Shown here one piece after another: positions 14,379 through 26,930 of a stretch of DNA of 64,000 bases (position 1 is its first letter; each line of letters begins with the position of its first letter). Origin of the DNA: Callorhinchus milii (lineage: Eukaryota); NCBI RefSeq assembly GCF_018977255.1, contig NW_024704742.1, forward strand, positions 110,858,001 through 110,922,000. The letters run 5' to 3'. The notes under the pieces were generated by a model. That model was not told the DNA's origin and ran no database searches. It saw only the letters and a list, made by a program, of their open reading frames with translations. A program made the translations under genes and the position numbers.

Positions 14379-16290
14379 ATGTTGTCATGACATGTTGTCA
14401 TTGTCATGTCAAAGTTGGCTGTATGTTTATATACAACTACACAGTATATACTGTATAGTATATCCCATGAACTCATTTGAGATGTTTTGATGATATGAAA
14501 AGGCAATAAATCAAATGAAAGGATGTTCATTATTTAACATCTACCTGGACCTAGTTTTAACATCTCATCCAAAGGTTGGCACCAAGACAATCAGCACTCC
14601 CACAGCACTGCCCTAGACTAAGATCGTAAGTCCCAAAGTTCAGTTTTAAGCCATAAATTTCTGATTGAAAAGTGCTTTCCAGATGACCATTGTGTGACTA
14701 AACAGTGATATCAGCCTTTGGCCACACGAGGGCGCAGCAGAATACAGGTATTCTGACAAATTTCAAACTAAGGCAGCATTGCAGTCACGTCTCACCTTAA
14801 CAAAAGCCTCATTACTGTAACAAAGACATCCCTTACACGAGCTGAACTGTCATCAAACTCACATATTCTCCTCTCTGTGTACTGAGTTTGCCTGCCCCTT
14901 CTCAACCCTAGTGATGAATTTTCTGCCCATTGAATCTATGCCGCTGTTAGCTCTGATTTTGAAGTCACCTTTTCAATTATCACACTTTTCAGTTCTTTAC
15001 CTTGTTATAACATATTTGTGAAAAAACAACATATTGTTGCAGGGAATGCAATTTAATAAATCATGAATTATCATGGAAAATGTTTGATAATGCATGAGAA
15101 GTATATCGTTAAAAAATACAAACTTCACAAAACTTAGAGCTATTAAGTTCATTGCTTTTGACTTTATTTACCACGTCCACAAAATACATTTATTTTCTGT
15201 AAAGTTGTTAATGACCATCTGACTTGTAAATGATGCATTTACTAAAGGAGTTCAACATTACAGCTATCATTTATAGAACAACCTTATGTCTCCAGGCATT
15301 TCACAGTGATAGGATAATAATAATAATAGGGTAAGATGCAAGCAAGGGAGAAGGAGGGAATGAAGATGAACATAGGGGCAGTTGAAGAGATAGGTTCTAA
15401 GGTGGGATCTAAAGACAGATAGAGAGAGTCGAGGTGAAGGGATAGAGGTAGTGAGTTCCAGAATTTAGGGCGTAGTGCTTGAAGGTTTGGCCACCAATGC
15501 TGGTGGGGGTGAACAACAGACCCAAGTTAGCCAAGCAGAAGGAGCAAGCAGAGGACACCTATTATCAACTTCATCTGAGTGCTAGTCAGTTCAACTTGCT
15601 TAACACATCAAGTTAGTTAAAACCTGATATAATCTGCATTTCAAATTAAGTGTTAAATTCCAACGAGAATGTTTTCATTCCACCTGTTACCCTGTAGTTA
15701 ACGTTTCATAACTGATTCATTGTGGTAATTATCACATCAAATCAGTAATAAAACATTGCATTTTTTCACCACCAAAGTATTTCATAACATGAGGATTATC
15801 TTGTTATATTATCTTTTGACCAGATGAGGGCAATATGAACCTAAAACAAAGCCTCACCTGATACAGTGATATGATTCATTTCATCAAATGGAAAAACATA
15901 ACTGTTTCCCAATGGACCATTGGATAAAGACATCACCTTGTATAGCACTTAACCATGCAGCCCAGAAAGGAATGGGTTTAATATTAGTCGGCTGAGTTTT
16001 CTGATTGCAGTTAATATGTAATCCTGTGAATTCTTGTGCCCGGGAGTGGAGGGAGGAAAATAAATCAGTCAGGGTTCACACCCACTATTGCCATCCAGTG
16101 GCTTTTGCTCGAAAGTATGGGCATGAGTATGTGAATGTTGGTTGAGTACAGAATTAGGATCCGATTTGATGTTCTTCATAGTCAAATAACCTGCCGTTGT
16201 TCAGTTCATCCGGTTCACTCAGTTGGTAGCACTCTCACCTCCGAGTCAAAAGGTTGTGGGTTTAAACCCCATGTCAGAACTTAGAACTCA

Positions 16291-16610
16291 TAATAATAAT
16301 AATAATCCTTGCATTTGATATAGCGCTTTTCACGTCGGTAGGACGTCCCAAAGCGCTTCACAGAACACACTGTAAAGTGAATTGACTGTATATATGTGGG
16401 CGAACGCGGCAGCCAATTGCGCACAGCAATGTTCCACAAACAGTCATAGATTGAAAATGACCCAATTTATTATTGTTTTTGGTTTTGGAGGGATTATTAT
16501 TAGGCGTGTGGAGTAAGGAAACTTGCCCAAGGTTTCGCCCTCTGCCTGGAATTGAACTCAGGTCTCTCGCTTGCAAAGCGAGTGCTCTAACCACTGAGCT
16601 ACAGGACTCA
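16291..16610 (-). mobile_element. Young SINE inserted in an older Deu-domain SINE (about 16213-16670, +)
   Basis: Flanked by actcata on both sides. Confidence 0.88.
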
Positions 16611-17039
16611 TAGTCTGTGCTGACACTCTAATGCTGCAGGTGCTGCCTTTCGGACGAGCCATTTAACCTAGTTCTGTTGCCCTCTGGCCCTCTTAGTTGC
16701 TTTCAACACAGTTAAGCATGCCACCCTCCTCAATCACCTGTCCTCCCTAATCCACCTCAGTTCGGACCACATTCTCCTGGTTCAATTTCAGTGAGCGAAT
16801 AGTGAAACTGTAGAACAGGCTCCCTAGGGAGATGGTTGAAGCAGGAAATGTTGATTCTTTCAAACACAAATTAGATTATGGGATATAGTAGATAGGTAGC
16901 TTGGGACATATGTGCATGTGACCACCAGGAAGATGGAAGGCGAACTGGATGGACCTTGGTCTTTTTTCGTCCAGCATTTCTTATGTTCTTATGTAAGTCC
17001 TTCATGATCCACTGTTATGATTACGTCTCCACAAATGAA

Positions 17040-17400
17040 TTTCCTCCCACCACTCACAGTCACTTGCAGTGTATCCCAAGACATCATCCTTGCAACCCCC
17101 TCACTTTTCTTTATTTGTATGCTCTATCTCGGTGATATCATCCACAGACATGGGGGTCAACCTCCGCATGTATGTGGAGAACACTCAAATCTACTGTTCC
17201 TCGTCTTGCTACGACCCCACGTCCACTGATGTTATGTCTGCTTGCTTGTCAGACATCAAGGCCGAGATTAAATTTCTGCAGCTGAATGTTGACAAGACAG
17301 AAGCCATACTCCTTGGCTTCTGTCAACATTTTCTCAGCTGCAGCTCCAATTTCCTTAACCTGCCTGGCCTATTCCTCAGACTTCCTAAATCTGTGCACAC
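17040..17400 (+). mobile_element. Degenerate L2 RT fragment
   Basis: MYVENTQIY..CLSDIK..FLQLNVDKTEAIL. Confidence 0.7.
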
Positions 17401-17458
17401 CAAGGATTCAGGTTCAACTGCCTATAGTCATCATCCCTCTCTCGTCGGTTGTGTGTCA

Positions 17459-18050
17459 ACAACAACAACAAAATTACATTTGTAAAGCGCCTTTCATGTC
17501 AGGAGGATGTCCCAAGGTGTTCGACTAGAGAGAGTTACAGACCCGAGCGTTGGGGTGGGGGAGGGTGGAGGGTGGGGGTGAAGCAGGGAGATCCAAAGCA
17601 CGATCGAAGAGGAAGGTCTTGAGGTGGGTCTTGAAGGTGGCGAGGGAGGGGACGAGGCAGAGGGACTACGGGATGGAGTTCCAGAGGGTGGAGCAGAGTG
17701 GCAGAAGACCAGTCCACCGATAGTGGGGCGAGCGAGGCGGGGGATGTGAAGCAGCCCAGAGCGGAGGGAGCGAACAGGATGGTAGGGGATTAGGAGGTTG
17801 CAGAGGTAGGGGGAAGCAAGACTGTGGAGGGCTTTGAAGGTGAGGACCAGGATTTTGAACTGTATCCTCAGTAGTGATGGGAAGCCAGTGGAGTTGGGCA
17901 GGATGGGGGTGATAGGGTCGCGGAGCCTATGGCAGGAGAGGACACAGGCTGCAGAGTTCAGGATGGAGGGAGAAGTTGGGGAGGCCGACAAGCAGTGAGT
18001 TTGCATAGTCGAGCCTCAATGTAATGGTGTGTATGAGGGTTTCAGCGGCC
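17459..18050 (-). mobile_element. L2 3' fragment
   Basis: RIQFKILVLTFKALH peptide; L2 tail. Confidence 0.8.
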
Positions 18051-19946
18051 GGTCAAGGTTAACTGCTTCAAGTTGTTACCTGCATGAAGGGCGCTACATA
18101 AAGTTGGCATTTCGTTGCTGTCTTGCCTGCCTATTTAGGTGGATGTTAAAAATCCCATGCCACTATTCCAAAAGAGAGGAGAATTTGCAAATCCCCCAAA
18201 TAAAATTGGTCACCACTTCATGGCTGTGGGACATTGCTTTGCGCATATTGGCTGCAACATTTGCCTAGAAATCACAGTAAAAATCCTGGGAAGCATATTC
18301 CGTGGAAGAGAGAGATGTTTTATACAGGTTGAAGTCCAGACAATTAAAAGAGGGGGGTGGGGTGGAGGAGATCTGCTATGGATTTACTGCCGGCTTTGTG
18401 GGAGGTGCCCCTGTGATGTGATGCTCCAGCCATTTGGGATTTTGCAGCAAAGAATTGCACTCAGGGATCCTCACACAACCTGCCAGGAACTGTTGTCTGC
18501 TTGAGGTGTTGCTGCACATGTAAAGGTAATGAAACATGTTCAATTCTTTATGTTAGCGAAGAATCCGAGCCTGAGAATTTCAAATAAGCAAAGCGATGGG
18601 CAGTGCAGAGGGTGAAGGGTAGATTTGCTCTATCCTCACAATCGTGTGATGTGTCAACAGGATTTGTACTCAATTAGCCAGGAATGCATCTGCCCAAATA
18701 ATGGCAGATGTTGGCAAATTTCTGTTCAAATGCTCAGAGAATGCTTTTTTACTAAAAAAAACGCTTTGCATTGAATGAATCTAAAAACGTGTATCCTATT
18801 TGATTTATTACTAAATAAGCAAGAGCGTGCTTTCCTGGTAAAATGTTAACATCAGATTAATATCAGGTCTTGTGTTATCCGGGTTTCCTATGGGTTTGCG
18901 TGTTTGTGAACCGTACATCAAGACACAGATGCTGTCAGAAGAACTCAGCTGAGTGGATGAATATATCATTCAGTATAATCAATGATTATTTTCGTAATCA
19001 AATTGAGATCAAATGAGGATTAAAATATCACAGTTGTTATGTACAGCACTTAATATTTGCAAGAATGGCTGACCATGTTTTAGTATGTTCTAATACAGTG
19101 TATAATATATATGTGTATATAAATATATACACGCAGTGGTTGGAGACTGCTATTGCTCACATGCGTATTTAGATTTATTTCCGATCGATTGTGGGAGTAG
19201 ATTTTTTTTGCACAGATCTTAATACGTAGAACTCCACAAATCAGTTTTTCTGCATTTTCTTCATATTTTAAAATGAAACGAATGGGGGCAGATCATGTAG
19301 AGTGGCTTAAAGCTTTGGACATCGCTTGCTGAACAATTAAGGAGTGTTGCTTTCCCACAATCTTCATTCGTGTGTATCTAGATCAGTCTTTTCTGTATAT
19401 CTATATATTTAGATGTGTGTTGACATGCTAATTGTTTGTGTTGTGATGCAAGTATCCAGAACGTACAACATCTGGAAAACACAATGTAAATAATCAAGTC
19501 ACCACAGGGGCTGAATCTGTGATCAGACATTCGCCATCTAATGGCCGATATGTACATTTGTAATATGTGAATTGTAATTCGAGATGGAGGGGTTGGGGGT
19601 GAAATTGCTAACGCCAGTAAATATTATTATTATTATATATTATATATAACTATATACATTAACTGTTGCAGCTAATCAGGTTTTATGCATGAGTGAGTTA
19701 GTGTTTGCCACTTTGCATTAACTGGAAGAAAGGTATTGTTTATCTTTGCCTCAAAACAGCCTGGGCTGGCTCAGAAGGTATTTCTTGACTGATGAGCCCA
19801 AAATAGTCACAAATCCGGTGGTAAAGGTGCATTTTAGGAATAAAATAATAATGATACTTTCATTTAACATAATGCATATTGTAAAGTGTGGTTTGTGACT
19901 GTGTAATTTGTTGGCTATTACCGATAAATTAAACTTGTTAGATAAG

Positions 19947-20248
19947 AATAATAATAATAATAATCCTTGCATTTAATATAGCGCATTTCACATCTTCTAG
20001 ATGTCTCTAAACACCTCACAGAATATACTGTAAAGTGAATTGACTGTACATTTGTGGGCGAAACGCGGCAGCCAATTGTGCACAGTAATGTCTCACAAAC
20101 AGTCGCGGATTGAGTAACCAAATTGTTATTTTTTTATTTTTTATATTTCCTTGAGGGATTATTATTAGGCATGTGGAGTAAAGAAACTTCCCCAAAGTTT
20201 TGCCTTGCCGCGCGCGCATCAAACCCAGGTCTCTCACTTGCAAGCGAG
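19947..20248 (-). mobile_element. SINE copy
   Basis: Family body and tail. Confidence 0.85.
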
Positions 20249-20289
20249 ATATGATCTATGCAGTGACTATAATATGATAGAATATCAGG

Positions 20290-21010
20290 TTTGAAGGGGA
20301 AAAATTAGGATCACAAATCAAAGTGCTAGACTTTAACAAGATCAGCATTGATGGAATCAGGAAGGAATTAGTTGGAATAAAGTAGCAGGAATTGTTAGTT
20401 GGTCGATTGTGGATTGAGTGACCAAATCATTGTTTAATATATATATACCCTTAAAAGACAAAGGTTGTATTATAATTCAAAGCAACCATAGTTAATAAAT
20501 TGTCAATCCTTGTATTAACAAAATGATAATGCAAATGAAATGCAAGGGACGGTGACAAGCCTCTTCACACTATTAAGACAGTAACGTCTCACCTGAAAGG
20601 CACATCTAACATTATATCACAACCCCAACAGTGCATTGGAGTGTCGGCTGGAATATAGAGAAAAGCAGAGGAGACAATAAAATAATATGGAAAAAAACTA
20701 AATGGGTAACTGCAGCGTATTTTATAAATATATCAACAGCAAGAGTGTTAATCAGATAAATAGTAGAGAGTATGAACCTGGCACAATTGTAGAATGAATA
20801 TTTTGCTGTCATCTTCACATTGAAAAAGACAGTTGGAACCACAAATTAAGGTAAACCTGGATTTCAGAGACGAGCAGAAACTGATTATACACAGAAAAAT
20901 GGCAATGGATAAACTAATGAGTTTGAAGTCAGACAAATCTCCAGGTCCAGGTGTTTTCCACCTAGCGTACTAAAATAAATAAGGGAAGAAATTGTAGAGA
21001 CTTTAATTAT
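20290..21010 (+). mobile_element. Decayed CR1 ORF2 fragments
   Basis: aatgaatattttgct..cttcac and agacaaatctccaggtcc resemble the CR1 at about 63570-63900 (NEYFA..FT, DKSPG). Confidence 0.55.
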
Positions 21011-21018
21011 TAAAGCCT

Positions 21019-21280
21019 GTGGAGTCCTGTAGCTTAGTGTGGAGTCCTGGAGCTTAGTGGTTAGAGCACTCGCCTTGCAAGAGAACGAACCTGGGCTTGA
21101 TTCCCGGCAGGGCGAAATGTTGGGCAAGTTTCCTTACTCCACATGCCCCTGTTTACCTAGCCTTAAGTAGGAATCCGGTTGTTAGTCGATTGCAGATCGG
21201 AGCTTTTCCGGGGGTAATAATCCCATCAAAACAAATATAATAACATTTTTAAAAATGTGATAATTCAATCCATGACTGTT
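21019..21280 (+). mobile_element. SINE 5' part with a tandemly duplicated 20-nt head
   Basis: gtggagtcctgtagcttagt followed by gtggagtcctggagcttagt. Confidence 0.8.
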
Positions 21281-21394
21281 TAAGAATTTTGTTTCAAATA
21301 TTATGCAGGAATTGAATAGCTTCATTCATTTTGCTGCCATGATTGAAGTGATTGAGTGCTGAGTCGTGATGACTGTGGTACTGTAGCTGCCCAC

Positions 21395-21520
21395 AGGGCG
21401 GTGTTAAAACAGACTCATGTTTCAGAACAGGAAAAGGCAGTGAATGTGCTTCTCGTAACAACTCCCCAACGAATCATCAGTTGTTGATCAGTGGTACCAG
21501 ATCCGCGGCAGCCCTATAAA
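21395..21520 (+). promoter_or_regulatory. Candidate core promoter of copy A (GC box plus TATA box)
   Basis: TATAAA at 21515-21520, about 250 nt upstream of the ATG; GGGCGG at about 21396. Confidence 0.55.
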
Positions 21521-21767
21521 GTTATACAGAGACAAACTGGGGTTCTTTTGGGTCACATCTAAAGATCAGATCACAAGTGGCAGTGGCCAATACTGTAATC
21601 TTACGGACTGAGCTAAGCTGGGTAACAGCACCTCTGTCTGGCTCCCTGAGGCCAGATACTCTTTATTGCTATTTCCCTGATCTCACCTTCTGTTTTGGCC
21701 AGAAACAACATCTTCCCTTTCGAGATCGTCCTCTTTTTTTAAAAAAAACTCTTTGTTTATTATCAAG

Positions 21768-22029
21768 ATGGGAAAGGTGAAGATTTTTGCAATAACCTAT
21801 GATGATTTTGTTGATAACATTGCCCCAATGTTCTCCAGTGGAGACTTCGTCTCTGGCCGGGTCACTGTGGAAGTGATTGAGGAAACTAAGCTGCAGTCTC
21901 TTACACTCCATGTGAGAGGAGAAGCCAAAGTCCACTGGACAGAATCAAATGGCACCAACTCCTCTACAAGTTACAGCAAAGAAGTGAAGTATTTTGACTA
22001 CAAAAACCTGTTATTAGGACAGGTAAGAG
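21768..22029 (+). CDS. ARRDC3-like: ARRDC3-like copy A, coding exon 1 (arrestin N-domain start)
   Basis: MGKVKIFAITYDD..PMFSSGDFVSGRVTVEV..LHVRGEAKVHWTES..EVKYFDYKNLLLG matches the ARRDC3 N-terminus (GKVK..SSGDTVSGRV..ARGHAKVRWTES..EVEYF). Phase-1 donor G|gtaagt at 22029/22030. Confidence 0.93.
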
Positions 22030-22879
22030 GTAAGTAGTAATTGTAACCCTTTACCCCTTACCATGTAACATAGTTGCTCTGGTGTAGTGTAGCTCAGCAT
22101 GTTCTGTGTGTCACTGTCCTGCAATCGTGTTGTATACTGTGTATCAGTCACCAGAAACCTAGTAACTTCGGACTACTACCCTCTTGTAACAAAATGAAAA
22201 CTTCTCTGTATCAAATTGTGCAGTTAGTTTGCTGAAAAAATAAATTATCTATTCTAAGAGATAAAACTGGCACAACTTTACAAATGGGGAAGATCGATGA
22301 TCACCTGCTTTACTGCCAATTTGTGTCAGTGCCAATACTTAGCAATGCTCATTTCCCATACTTTGCATTTTTGAAGTTTTATTGTATTTTTCCCCGCCTC
22401 TTGTAGTTTTTATGTTTAATGAAAGATTGCTACTTTGATGCAAAAATTCAACATTATGTCTGCACCAGTGTTTTTGTTTGTTACTGTTCATCTCTAATCA
22501 GAGATTTTATACGAGGTGAGGATAAGACTCATTTTAGATCCTGTGTTTGTGAAAACATATATTCAGTGGCAATCATTTTGGGAGTGTTATAAAAGGTATT
22601 CTACATGCAGTGATATTGAAAAGTGAATGAATTATTTTGCTAAATCTTCATCTTTCATTCTATGGTTCAATCCTGCTTGAGATAAGAATTGACCATGGGA
22701 TGAGAGGGCTGTGAATCTCTTTTTTGGTCCAAATATTTAAATAATCAGTGCTTCTAAATGCTGCCTAATATTCTGCAAAAAAAATGTTGAAACAGCTAAA
22801 TGACACATTCCTACACAGTGTTGTCTCTACATAATGTATTCCCTTGAAATTTTGCTTTTGAATACTAACATATTAACTA

Positions 22880-23468
22880 AAACAACAAATTACATTTGTA
22901 TAGCGCATTTCACATTGAAAGGATGTCCCAAGGCACTGGACAGTCAGGGATTTGGACCTGAGCAGGGGGTTGGGGTCAGAGTAGGGATAGGAGGCTGGCC
23001 GAATGTGTGGTTGAAGAAAAGGGTCTTGAGATTTGTTTTGAAGGAGACAAGGGAGGGAGCAAAACAAGGGGACTGTGGGATGGAGTTCCAAAGGGTGTGG
23101 GCAGAGAAGTTGAAGGCCAATAGTGGTGCGGGCCGGGAGGGGGACGTTGAGCAGACTGGATGGAGCCTGCTGAGCAGAGGGAGTGGACAGGTTGATATAG
23201 GTTCGCAAGTCACAGAGGTAGGGAAGGGCAAGGCCATGGAGGGCCTTGAAGGTGAGGGTGAGGATTTTGAACTCAATCCTAGGGGGATGAGGAGCCAGTG
23301 GAGCCATGCAAGGATGGGGGTGATTGGGTCACGTAGCCTAGTGCAGAAGAGGACATGAGCTTTAGAGTTCTGGATGATCTGCAGCTTGTGGAGGGAAGCG
23401 TTGGGAAGGCCAACAAGCAGAGAGTTGGGGTAGTCGAGCCTGAATGTAATGGATGAGGGTTTCAGCAT
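22880..23468 (-). mobile_element. L2 3' fragment (intron 1 of copy A)
   Basis: RLDYPNSLLVGLP..LQIIQNS peptide; tail. Confidence 0.82.
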
Positions 23469-23694
23469 TTCATATTAGTACAGTACCATTAAATATCTAG
23501 ATTCACATGGAAAACTATTGAAACAGAAATTGTAGATACTACTGTCTAAAAATCACAGTTGACAGGAGAGTATTTTGTAAATGTATACCTTTTAACTGCT
23601 GTTCATTTCCATTTTATAGAGAACATAATAATCGAGAGCTAATTGATCCATCAAATAGATATAAATGACAAACCAATTCTCTTTTCATTTTACA

Positions 23695-23936
23695 TAATTT
23701 TAAGCAACTAACAGACATTGACTGGATGCACTTTTTTGTGATCAAAAATCTCGGATTCTTTGAAATAATTTAAATGAATCATTTCAATTGCTTTTCTCAG
23801 TGATGACGTAACATAACATGTCTTGTGTAAGTTTACAGTAATATACCTTGCCCAAGTTTACCATAATACAACTTAAGTCTTGCCTAAGTTAGAAATATAA
23901 TAATGTCATTGAGAAATGGGACAATCGATAGACTCA
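23695..23936 (+). repeat. Direct repeat, copy of about 25390-25631
   Basis: Shared agtgatgacgtaacataacatgtcttg..cttgcctaagttagaaatataataatg..caatcgatagactca. Confidence 0.9.
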
Positions 23937-24009
23937 AAGCAACTTTTGCTCACTGGAATGCAATTTGTGACATAGGAGTATCAGTTTGTGAAATGCCAGT
24001 TTTCCAGTG

Positions 24010-25389
24010 TAACAAAATTACAGAGCGCCTTTCAACAACAACAACAACAAGATTCCATTTATAAAGCGCCTTTCACGTCAGGAGGACGTCCCAAGGCGCT
24101 GCACAGTTGGGTCATGACCCGAGCAGTGGGGAAATGGTCAGGGTGAGGAGAGGGAAGGGAGGGAGCGAGGAGGGGGGAAATGGTCAGGGTGAGGGGAGGG
24201 AAGGGAGGGAGCGAGGAGGGGGAAGAGAGTCGAGAGGGGAGCTGAAGGCTCGGTCAAAGAGAAAGGTTTTGAGACCGGCCTTGAAGGAGGAAAGGGAGGA
24301 AGCAAGGCGAAGGCACTGGGGGATGGAGTTCCAGAGCCTGGGGGCTGAGAGGCTGAAGGCCCGACCACCGATGGTAGGGCGGTTGGGGCGGGGGACGTGG
24401 AGCAGACCGGAGCCAGAGGAACGGAGGGTACGGGCAGGTAGGTAGGGGGGAGGGAGGATGTCGGGAGGATGTCCCAAAGCGCTGAACAGTCAGGTGTCGG
24501 GACCCGAGCATGGGGGAGGGGTGGTGTAGGGGTGAGGGAAGGCAGAAAGGTGGAAGGGAGACCAAAGACACAGTCGAAGAGAAGGGTCTTTAGACTGGCC
24601 TTGAAGGTTGCTAGGGAGGAAATGAGGCAAAGGGACAGTGGGATGGAGTTCCAGAATGTGGGAGCAGAGAGGATGAAAGCCCGGCCACCGATGGTAGGGC
24701 GGTCGGGTGGGAGACATGGAACAGGCCAGAGCCCGATGAACGGAGGGAGTGGGCAGGTTGGTGGGGAGTCAGCAGGTCAGAGAGGTAGGAGGGGGCAAGG
24801 CCATGGATGGCCTTATAGGTGAGAATGAGGATCTTGAACTCAATCCTCTGGGGGATGGGGAGCCAGTAGGGTCGGGCGAGGGTGGGAGTGATGAGGTCAC
24901 GGAGCCTGGTGTGTGAGAGTACACGAGCTGCAGAGTTTTGGATGATCTGCAGCTTGTGAAGAGTTGGGAAAGCCGATAAGAAGGGAGTTCCCGTAATCGA
25001 GCCTTGATGTGACAAATGTACGAGTGAGGGTTTCAGCAGCCTGAGGGGTGAGGCAGTGGCAGAGTCTGGCATTGTTGCGGAGGTGGTGGTAGGCAATGCC
25101 GGTCATGGTACGGATGTGGGGGAGAAAGAACAGTTCAGGGTCAAACAAGATATCCATGTTCCTGACTGGCTCAGTGAGGTTGATTGTGCAGCCGTGGAGG
25201 CTGATGCGGAGGTGCGGAGGCGCTGGTGCGAGCCACTCAGGAGGGCTTCAGTCTTGCTGACATTGAGTTGGAGAAAGTTAGCCCTCATCCAGGACTTGAT
25301 GTTGGACAGGCAGTCAGTCAGGACGCCAGTAGTCCTGGAGTTCAGGGTGGAGGCAGAGAGGTAGAGTTGGGTGTCATCTGCATACATGT
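24010..25389 (-). mobile_element. L2 fragment with a younger L2 3' end (about 24034-24460) nested in its tail
   Basis: [21 protein letters not shown]. The older tail agagcgcctttca|gtcgggagg is split by a second (CAA)n-tailed L2. Confidence 0.82.
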
Positions 25390-26565
25390 TAATTTTAAGC
25401 AACTTACAGACATTGACTGGGTTCAGTTTTCTGCGATCAGAAATGTCAGATTCTTTGAAATAATTTCAATGAATAATTTCAATTGCTTTTCTTAGTGATG
25501 ACGTAACATAACATGTCTTGCGTAAGTTTACAGTAATATACCTTGCCCAAGTTTACCATAATACAACTTAAATCTTGCCTAAGTTAGAAATATAATAATG
25601 CCATTGAGAAATGGCACAATCGATAGACTCATGCCAGATGTCTTACCAAAGTCTGCCTGACAGAAAGAAAATACCAACAAGAAGTGAAGTATTTGAAGCA
25701 TAAAGAAGTGTTAATCGGACGTGGAGCTGGTTAATTGTAATGGTAACACAATCAAGTAAGTTGCCCTGGTGAAGTTTAAAACAATCTGTGTGCAGCTTGA
25801 CTGTAACTATTATAAATAATGGGTACATGTCAGGAATGAGTTACTACAGAATACAGCGCTTTTGTATTGAAATATGAGAACAGATTCACTATTAATGGAC
25901 AATGTAGCATTTATTAAGGATATAGCGCAATGTTGTAGCGCAATAAGTGCTTCAAGGAGGGACATCATTTCTGAAATTGCAGTGGCAATAAGAGGAATTC
26001 AATGAAATACAAACATCCTTTATGTAATATTAAAGTTGCATTACTCTTTTATCTCCCAAATTCTGAAATATCTGGCATGCCTGCAGCAATATTGCACCAT
26101 ACTAAAGTGACTACTGCAAGTAACCTTTGTACTTAGCATTTAAGAATAAGAACTGGCAGTTTGCACAATGTTCACTTATATATCAGGAATAAGGCTGCAC
26201 ATGTCCTGAATGTAGAGGAGAGTTTTTTTTGTCAGCCGCATGTCTGATACATGATACATCCACATATGTATGCTACCTAACATGGAAGGTTCACTGTGTT
26301 TGGAATGGAATGCACATTCTCCTTGGAAGGACATACCTCACTTACCTAATTCCAGAGAGTATTGGTAAAGAGTACAGATTGGCACAATTCAAGGCTTGGG
26401 GATCCCATAGTGGATTGGGATACTGCTGGGTTTAACTTGCCAAACCAAGATAGTTTGCCATCAGGAGCATTCGTGCTGTATGTCCAGCTCAATTGAGGAA
26501 GCAAGTCTCTGGAGTTGTGTTCAAGACCCATTAATTTAAACGTAATCTTGGAATATGGGGATAAA

Positions 26566-26930
26566 TGGAGTCCTGTAGCTCAGTGAATAGAGACTCACCT
26601 CACAAGGGAGAGACCTGGGTTCAATTCCCAGCAAGGTGAAACATTGGGAAGATTTCCTTACTCTACACGCTTCTGTTTACCTAACATTAAGTAGGCACCC
26701 AGTTGTTAGTTGATTGGCGGTTCATATTTCCTGGGGGGGTAATAATTCCTTAAAAAAAAATTGGTCACTCAATCCAAGATTGTTTGTGAAACACTGCTTT
26801 GTGCAGTTGACTGCCGTGTTTTGCCCACAAATATACAGTCAATTCACTTTACAGTATATTCTGTGAAGTGCTTTGAGATGTATCGAAGATGTGATAAGGT
26901 ACTATATCAAATACATGATTATTATTATAA
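26566..26930 (+). mobile_element. SINE (older, longer subfamily)
   Basis: tRNA head, extra internal tctgtttaccta.. segment, and tail. Confidence 0.85.

Noticed and set aside
1..21300. A third ARRDC copy or a neighbouring gene upstream
   Set aside because: No recognisable exon found by eye; short exons could have been missed.
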